Assembly (NCBI RefSeq): GCF_902713615.1
Contig: NW_024055728.1
Span: forward strand, 4,995,367-5,059,366
Direction: 5' to 3'
From: Scyliorhinus canicula
Taxonomy: Eukaryota
DNA length: 64,000 nucleotides
Part shown: one piece after another, positions 60,901 to 64,000 of the stretch
Layout: every line of letters begins with the position of its first letter
How positions within the stretch are numbered: the first letter of the stretch is position 1
Program-made: the position numbers and the translations under genes
Notes under the pieces: generated by a model
What the model saw: the letters and a program-made list of their open reading frames with translations, nothing else
What the model was told of the DNA's origin: nothing
Database searches by the model: none

Positions 60901-61700
60901 CAGCAGCCCCACATCCAGGCGCCACAACGGGCGCTGGTCCCGTGCTTCCCCCAGTTCTACCTCTACCCAGTGTGGTGCATGGTCCGAAATCGCAATGGCC
61001 GAGTACTCCGTGTCCTGCACTCTCGAAATCAGCCCCCTGCTCAGTACAAAAAAGTCTATTCTGGAGTACACCCTGTGGACGTGGGAGAAAAAAGAATACT
61101 CCCTCGCCCTTGGCCTGCCAAATCTCCAAGGGTCTACCCCCCCCCCCCCATCTGCTCCATGAACCCCCTTAGCACCTCTGCCGCTGCCGGCCTCCTATTC
61201 GTCCTGGAACTCGATCTGTCCAGCCCAGGGTCGAGCACTGTATTGAAGTCCCCCCCCATGATCAGGCCCCCTGCCTCCAGACCCGGAATGAGGCCCAACA
61301 GGCGCCTCATAAAACCCGCGTCATCCCAATTCGGGGCATACACATTCACCAGCACCACATTCTCTCCCTGCAGCCTACCCTTCACCATCACGTACCTACC
61401 CTCCTTATCTGCTACCACCTGCGCCGCCACGAACGACACCCTCTTTCCCACCAAAATCGCCACCCCCCGGTTCTTTGCGTCCAAGCCTGAGTGGAACACC
61501 TGTCCCACCCACCCCCTTCTCAGGCGTACCTGGTCTACTACTCTCAAGTGAGTCTCCTGCAACATTGCCACATCCGCCTGCAGTCCCTTTAGGTGTGAAA
61601 AAACCCTTGATCTCTTGACCGGCCCATTCAGCCCCCTCACGTTCCAAGTAATCAACCGGGTCGCGGAGCGACCCGTCCCTTTCCCCTGTCTATTAGCCAT
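57901..61700 (-). CDS. L1 ORF2p (APE endonuclease, reverse transcriptase, Cys-rich C-terminus), one frameshift at the G13 run 61137-61149
   Basis: ITWNVRGLN, LQETH, NVYAPN, GGDFN, SRIDFF, SDH, PGPDG, YRPISLLN, LDAEKAFD, GTRQGCPLSP, YADD, YLG and CxRC...H...C motifs. Confidence 0.95.
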
Positions 61701-62641
61701 GTCCTGTCCCCTGTTCGCCCCGGGTCGACCCTCCCCTTCTGACCCGTTCCCCATGGCGATGGCCCCCCCCCTCTCTCCTCCCGTTCTTCCCTTCCCTTCC
61801 TCGGCCTTTCCAGCAGCAACCCGGTATCCCCCCCTAACCCCCCTTCCCCCCCCCTCCCCCTGGCTAGGACCCCTCCTAGCCGCGGTGTATCCACCATCGT
61901 ACTCCCGAGAGTCAGCTGGTTTTCGCTGACCCGGCTGCCCCTGCCACACTCCGACTCCTCCCGATGTGGGGGGGGAGGGGCCTCCCCCCCCCCTTGCCAT
62001 CCCTCTCTGACCCCGCTTCAGCGCGGGAAAAGCCGCCATTGCTGGCCACACCCCACTCTTCTCTCCTCCCCCTTCCTCCGTCCCGCGCGCGGGAAACAGG
62101 GGAAAGCCCGCGCTTTCGCCCGGCCACACCCTACCCCGCCATCTTCAATTCCACCCCCGTCCCCATCCAAGCCCATAAAAAAGCCCCCTTAAAACGAGAG
62201 GAAGAAAAAAGAGAAAAAGAAAACACGCATAACCAACTTGCACCCCCCCCGTCCCGCCTCCCCAACTTAACAATATAACAATATAAATAACAAATCTCAA
62301 ATAAATACATAAATACATAACTATGCCTGCATAACTAAATAACTACCCAATTATAACGTATTTAACCATCACCCTCCATCGAACAGAACAGTAACCATAA
62401 CCCTTAAAGAACAGATCAAAAAACAGTAAAAAAGCCCCCCCTACAACAACAATAATTAAGGGAAGTTGGCAACGGGAAGAGACACACAAAAAGGAACAAA
62501 GAAACCCCCCATAACACACGTTTCAAAGAAACCAAACGATCCATCAACTTTAACCAAGTTCCGACCTGGCCTAAGAAAGACATGGGCCACTTGATCAGTC
62601 AAGGGTACTCGGGCGGCCTCGACCGCCGGCGTTCCCAAGTT

Positions 62642-63598
62642 CTAGTTCAGGTCCAGCTTTTCCTCCCGAACAAAAGTCCATGCCTCCTCTGGGGTCTCAA
62701 AGTAATGGTGCTGGTCCTTGTAGGTGACCCACAAGCGCGCTGGCTGCAGCATTCCGAACTTGATCCTCTTTGCGTGCAGCACCGCCTTCGTCCGGTTAAA
62801 CCGGGCCCGCCGCTTTGCCACCTCCGCACTCCAGTCCTGATATATCCGCACCATCGAATTCTCCCATTTGCTGCTTTTCTCCCTCTTGGCCCACCTCAGC
62901 ACTTTCTCCCGATCACAGAAACGCTGGAATTGCACCAGCACCGCCCTCGGGGGCTCGTTCGCCCTAGGTCGCCTAGCCATGACCCGATATGCTTCTTCCA
63001 GCTCCAGGGGCGATGGACCGGCCCCCTCTCCCATCAGGGAGCTCAGCATCTCCGCTACATATTTCGGGAGATCAGGCCCCTCCAGGCCTTCTGCTAGGCC
63101 CAGGATCCTCAAGTTCTTCCGCCTCATTCGAGTGTCCAGCTCCTCAAAGCGGCTCTGCCATTTCAGGTGGAGTGCCTCGTGCACCTCCACCTTTCCCACG
63201 AGGACCGTGGCCTCCTCCTCCCTTGCAGTCATCTCCTGCTGCAGCTCTCTTATCGACGCCTCTTGGGTCGCCTGGGCCCCCATCAGCCTTGTGGTCGTCG
63301 CGTTCATAGACTCTAAGAGTTCCACTTTCAGCTCCGTAAAACACCGGAGGAGAGCGGCCTGCTGCTCCTCCGCCCATTTTCTCCAATCTTCTAGTGCGCC
63401 ACCGGCCGCCATTTTGGTCCTCTTCCCCCGCTTTTTTCGGGGAGCTGCTGCCGCTTTTTTTGTCGCCCCACTCCGAGTACCGACCATAAAGTTGGTCTCA
63501 CTCTCCTCAGGGAGCCTTCCCCCACCGGGATTTGTCTTTACAGTACCGTCGGGGCCCTCCAATCGGCCCTTAAACACCTTTGTCGCAGGAGCTGCCAA
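62642..63598 (-). CDS. L1 ORF1p (coiled coil, RRM, CTD; Transposase_22-like)
   Basis: RRKNLRILGLAEG, PRAVLVQF, IYQDWSAEVAKRRARF and KFGMLQPARLWV motifs; the true start is probably a downstream ATG (MVGTRS or MAAGG). Confidence 0.92.
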   Translation of the reverse strand: MAAPATKVFKGRLEGPDGTVKTNPGGGRLPEESETNFMVGTRSGATKKAAAAPRKKRGKRTKMAAGGALEDWRKWAEEQQAALLRCFTELKVELLESMNATTTRLMGAQATQEASIRELQQEMTAREEEATVLVGKVEVHEALHLKWQSRFEELDTRMRRKNLRILGLAEGLEGPDLPKYVAEMLSSLMGEGAGPSPLELEEAYRVMARRPRANEPPRAVLVQFQRFCDREKVLRWAKREKSSKWENSMVRIYQDWSAEVAKRRARFNRTKAVLHAKRIKFGMLQPARLWVTYKDQHHYFETPEEAWTFVREEKLDLN

Positions 63599-64000
63599 AT
63601 GTGCGACTTAGCTGGTCATAGCCGCAACCGGAAGTCACCATCAGCCTATCCTGAGAGGAAATGATGTTTTACACTGAAATAGAAATGAGTCCTCGCTCTG
63701 GCACGCAGTTTAATGAGTCAGTTCAGCACAGCAGGAGGCTTGTGGACTCGTTTGCCCTCATTTCAAAGTTGTTTCTGAATTTGATTTAGTGAACGTTGCT
63801 TTAACTCAGAATGCGTTCGACGTCTTCAAATATATGTCCAATAGCCTTAAAATAGATGCCATGGATCCCCCCAGCGCATCCCTACCAACCTTGCCACACG
63901 CCCGCCCCCGACGAAAGAGACCCCCCCCCCCCAACCCCCTCCACCCACCCCCACCCCCACTACAACATCAACTTCCACCAACCGCCCAGACACCCCATGC

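Larger units (their letters stand above)
57574..63636 (-). mobile_element. Full-length young L1-clade LINE (about 6.06 kb)
   Basis: TSD ACCATCAGCCTATCC(T) at 57559-57574 and 63637-63652; 5' end GACTTCCGGTTGCGGC; ORF1 and ORF2; G-rich 3' UTR, AATAAA and A13 tail. Confidence 0.96.

Noticed and set aside
58025-63611. Antisense and alternative-frame ORFs over the L1 (for example 60757-61551, 62868-63611)
   Set aside because: Shadow ORFs of GC-rich coding sequence with no recognisable motifs

Overview
Eukaryotic, repeat-rich vertebrate DNA. The V-domain HE1-type SINEs, abundant CR1 LINEs, Deu-domain SINEs and the 33-bp minisatellite point to a cartilaginous fish (shark); this is an inference. The only host gene I can support is a multi-exon minus-strand gene (about 44.4 kb down to 13.7 kb) for a CD163/WC1-like group B SRCR type I membrane receptor. 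I reconstructed it by hand from AG/GT boundaries: a possible leader exon, a 33-nt micro-exon, 7 single-exon SRCR domains, a 33-nt stalk micro-exon, a TM exon and 4 cytoplasmic exons, all joined by phase-1 introns (about 940 aa plus leader). Its unusual features are a 1-nt frameshift in SRCR2, an SRCR4 lacking the C2/C7 pair, an extra Cys in each of SRCR5 and SRCR7, a Glu inside the TM helix and an IYEEI tyrosine motif. The window also holds a young full-length 6.06-kb L1 with a 15-16-bp TSD, whose ORF2 is broken only in a G13 run. Other content: a degenerate tRNA-His preceded by a duplicated 5' half, a Gypsy integrase/PPT/LTR remnant, nested CR1 and SINE layers, SINEs with three interchangeable tails, hairpin elements, a 340-bp inverted duplication, two minisatellites and two assembly gaps. 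Most ORFs in the supplied track are spurious repeat translations. There is no CRISPR array or prokaryotic system. Repeat boundaries are approximate unless a TSD is given.
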